Source of the DNA: Alphaproteobacteria bacterium
Lineage (GTDB): Bacteria; Pseudomonadota; Alphaproteobacteria; SMXP01
DNA: 64,000 nucleotides
Assembly: GCA_965214255.1 (NCBI GenBank)
Contig: OZ243948.1
Span: 452,916 to 516,915, forward strand
Direction: 5' to 3'
Below, piece by piece: positions 62,306 to 64,000 of the stretch (the stretch's first letter is position 1; every line of letters starts with the position of its first letter). The notes under the pieces were generated by a model. That model saw nothing but the letters and a program-made list of their open reading frames with translations, made no database searches and was not told the origin of the DNA. The position numbers and the translations under genes were made by a program.

Positions 62306-62355
62306 CCTTGGCGTGGATTGGCTTGTACCGTTTTGTTTTTATTCGGAGTTAGGTT

Positions 62356-62922
62356 ATGTCCGAAGCAGATGAACCGGATATCGATGACATCACGCGGCGC
62401 ATGGACGGGGCCATAAAGGCGCTGAAGTCCGAATTGGCGGGACTGCGAACCGGCCGGGCCTCCGTCAGTTTGTTGGAGCCGGTCACCGTTGACGCTTATG
62501 GCGGTCGGATGCCCCTCAATCAGGTGGGGACGATCGGTGTCCCGGAATCGAGGCTCTTGACAGTCCAGGTTTGGGATAAAGGCCTTGTCGGCGCGGTGGT
62601 CAAAGCGATCCAAAATGCCGGATTGGGCATCAATCCCATAGTCGATGGGCAATTGATTCGCATTCCCATCCCGGAACTAAACGAAGAGCGGCGACGGGAG
62701 CTTTCCAAAGTAGCGGCCAAATATACGGAGCAGGCCCGGATAGCCGTGCGAAATGTACGCAGAGACGGAATGGAGAAACTCAAACGTCTCGAGAAAGATA
62801 GTCACATGAGCGAGGATGAGCACAAGCTCTGGTCCGAAGAAATCCAAACCATTACCGATGACCACATAAAAGACATAGACGAGATATTTGTTAAGAAAGA
62901 AGCCGAGATCATGCAGGTGTAG
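62356..62922 (+). CDS. frr: Ribosome recycling factor
   Basis: 188 aa; …[20 protein letters not shown]…VRNVRRD…. Confidence 0.93.
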   Translation: MSEADEPDIDDITRRMDGAIKALKSELAGLRTGRASVSLLEPVTVDAYGGRMPLNQVGTIGVPESRLLTVQVWDKGLVGAVVKAIQNAGLGINPIVDGQLIRIPIPELNEERRRELSKVAAKYTEQARIAVRNVRRDGMEKLKRLEKDSHMSEDEHKLWSEEIQTITDDHIKDIDEIFVKKEAEIMQV

Positions 62923-62994
62923 GCAGCGGCTTCCGGAACGGAAAACCGGGGCACCTTTGAGATCAAGGCAGTTGAAGCGGCAAGATCAACCAAA

Positions 62995-63720
62995 ATGGAG
63001 AAGTTTTCGAAGCCTCGGCATATTGCCATCATCATGGATGGCAACGGCCGATGGGCCAAGGCTCATGGCGTGCCGCGAAAAACCGGGCATCGTCAAGGCG
63101 TACAGGCCGTTCGGCGGCTTGTTCGATCAATCGAAGACATCGGCTTGGAGTGTCTGACCCTCTACAGTTTTTCATCCGAGAACTGGAATCGGCCGGAAAC
63201 AGAGATCAATGACCTCATGGGTCTGCTGAGGTCTTATATACGCAAAGATCTTTTAGAACTGGTCGACAATGGCGTCCGTATTCGCGTCATCGGCGCGCGC
63301 GACAACTTGGCGGATGATCTGGTAGAATTGATTGAGGACGCCGAGGCCCGCTCAGTAAAAAATGATCGGTTTACCCTTGTTTTCGCATTCAATTATGGTG
63401 CTCGTGACGAAATCGCCGTCGCTGCCAAAAAGATAGCTCATGACGTTCAGGCGGGGCGTTTGTCGCTTGATGAGATTGATGCTCGAACTTTCGAGAAATA
63501 CTTGTACACACATGGGCTGCCGGACCCCGATATCATTATCCGGACGAGCGGTGAGAAGCGTCTAAGCAATTTCTTGACATGGCAATCCGTTTATTCGGAA
63601 TTGGTTTTTATCGATACGCTTTGGCCGGATTTTAACAGGAGTGATCTGGAACTTGCGATCGAGGAGTATCACCGACGCGAGCGACGTTTCGGGGCCCGGC
63701 CAAAGGAAGCGGTCGATTAG
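62995..63720 (+). CDS. uppS: Ditrans,polycis-undecaprenyl-diphosphate synthase
   Basis: HIAIIMDGNGRWA cis-prenyltransferase motif; …LTLYSFSSENWNRP…. Confidence 0.93.
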   Translation: MEKFSKPRHIAIIMDGNGRWAKAHGVPRKTGHRQGVQAVRRLVRSIEDIGLECLTLYSFSSENWNRPETEINDLMGLLRSYIRKDLLELVDNGVRIRVIGARDNLADDLVELIEDAEARSVKNDRFTLVFAFNYGARDEIAVAAKKIAHDVQAGRLSLDEIDARTFEKYLYTHGLPDPDIIIRTSGEKRLSNFLTWQSVYSELVFIDTLWPDFNRSDLELAIEEYHRRERRFGARPKEAVD

Positions 63721-63783
63721 GCTCTAATCTCAAGTCGGGAATTCTAAAAGAGCAGCGCGACGATCAATTCAAGCCGGCAGGAT

Positions 63784-64000
63784 ATGTCCACCTCAAGATC
63801 TCCAGTTGAACCGTATACGCTCGCATCCTTGGGGCTGCGGTGGCTATCGGCGTTTGTCTTGATCCCGACCGCCGTTTTGGTGACGTGGCAAGGGGGATGG
63901 CTGCTGAGTTCGCTGGTTGCCGTAATTGCCGTGCTTATGGCGTTCGAATGGAACAGATTGATCTACGGCAGTTCGGTAACGATCTATTTCAGCACTCATG
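63784..64000 (+). CDS. cdsA: Phosphatidate cytidylyltransferase, 5' part (runs off the window)
   Basis: Hydrophobic N-terminus …RWLSAFVLIPTAVLVTWQGGWLLSSLVAVIAVLMAFEW…; canonical position after frr–uppS. Confidence 0.7.
   Translation, partial: MSTSRSPVEPYTLASLGLRWLSAFVLIPTAVLVTWQGGWLLSSLVAVIAVLMAFEWNRLIYGSSVTIYFSTH

Noticed and set aside
1-64000. CRISPR arrays, IS elements, transposases, integrases, toxin–antitoxin pairs
   Set aside because: I found no regularly spaced direct repeats, no DDE or tyrosine-recombinase-like ORFs and no small adjacent toxin/antitoxin ORF pairs on either strand.

Overview
This window looks like alphaproteobacterial chromosome with a dense, mostly housekeeping gene content. 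Content runs as follows, left to right. It opens with a nucleotide-sugar cluster (a manC-like 3' end, UDP-xylose synthase, ugd, galU). Then come recG–sdhE–mfd, a histidine phosphatase, an orphan family-5 solute-binding protein, hspQ, a Tat-signal amidase, tesB, a VOC protein with a small HTH regulator, an SDR oxidoreductase and a tRNA-Ser(UGA). A complete nuoA–N operon follows, then birA–coaX–RNase J–mce–proS–lolE–lolD, dnaE, and rpsB–tsf–pyrH–frr–uppS–cdsA. Two visibly GC-richer inserts interrupt this backbone, and both carry restriction-modification genes. The first insert spans about 20.2–25.4 kb and holds a huge single-polypeptide Mrr-nuclease/SF2-helicase/N6-adenine-methyltransferase gene of Type ISP-like architecture; its stop overlaps the start codon of a secreted NmrA-like protein gene. 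The second insert spans about 51.9–55.7 kb, between lolD and dnaE, and holds an MmeI-family Type IIL-like nuclease-methyltransferase next to a Type IV Mrr endonuclease. The most striking observation is that both large R-M genes are split by a frameshift exactly at a 9-nt homopolymer: C9 at 24624–24632 and G9 (on the coding strand) at 52929–52937. These are the two longest homopolymers I could find in the window, and in each case removing one base restores a full-length, family-typical protein. That pattern fits either slipped-strand phase-variable ON/OFF switching of two unrelated R-M systems, or systematic homopolymer miscalls in the assembly. I found no CRISPR array, transposase or integrase. 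Several long antisense ORFs in the high-GC regions are rejected as artefacts.
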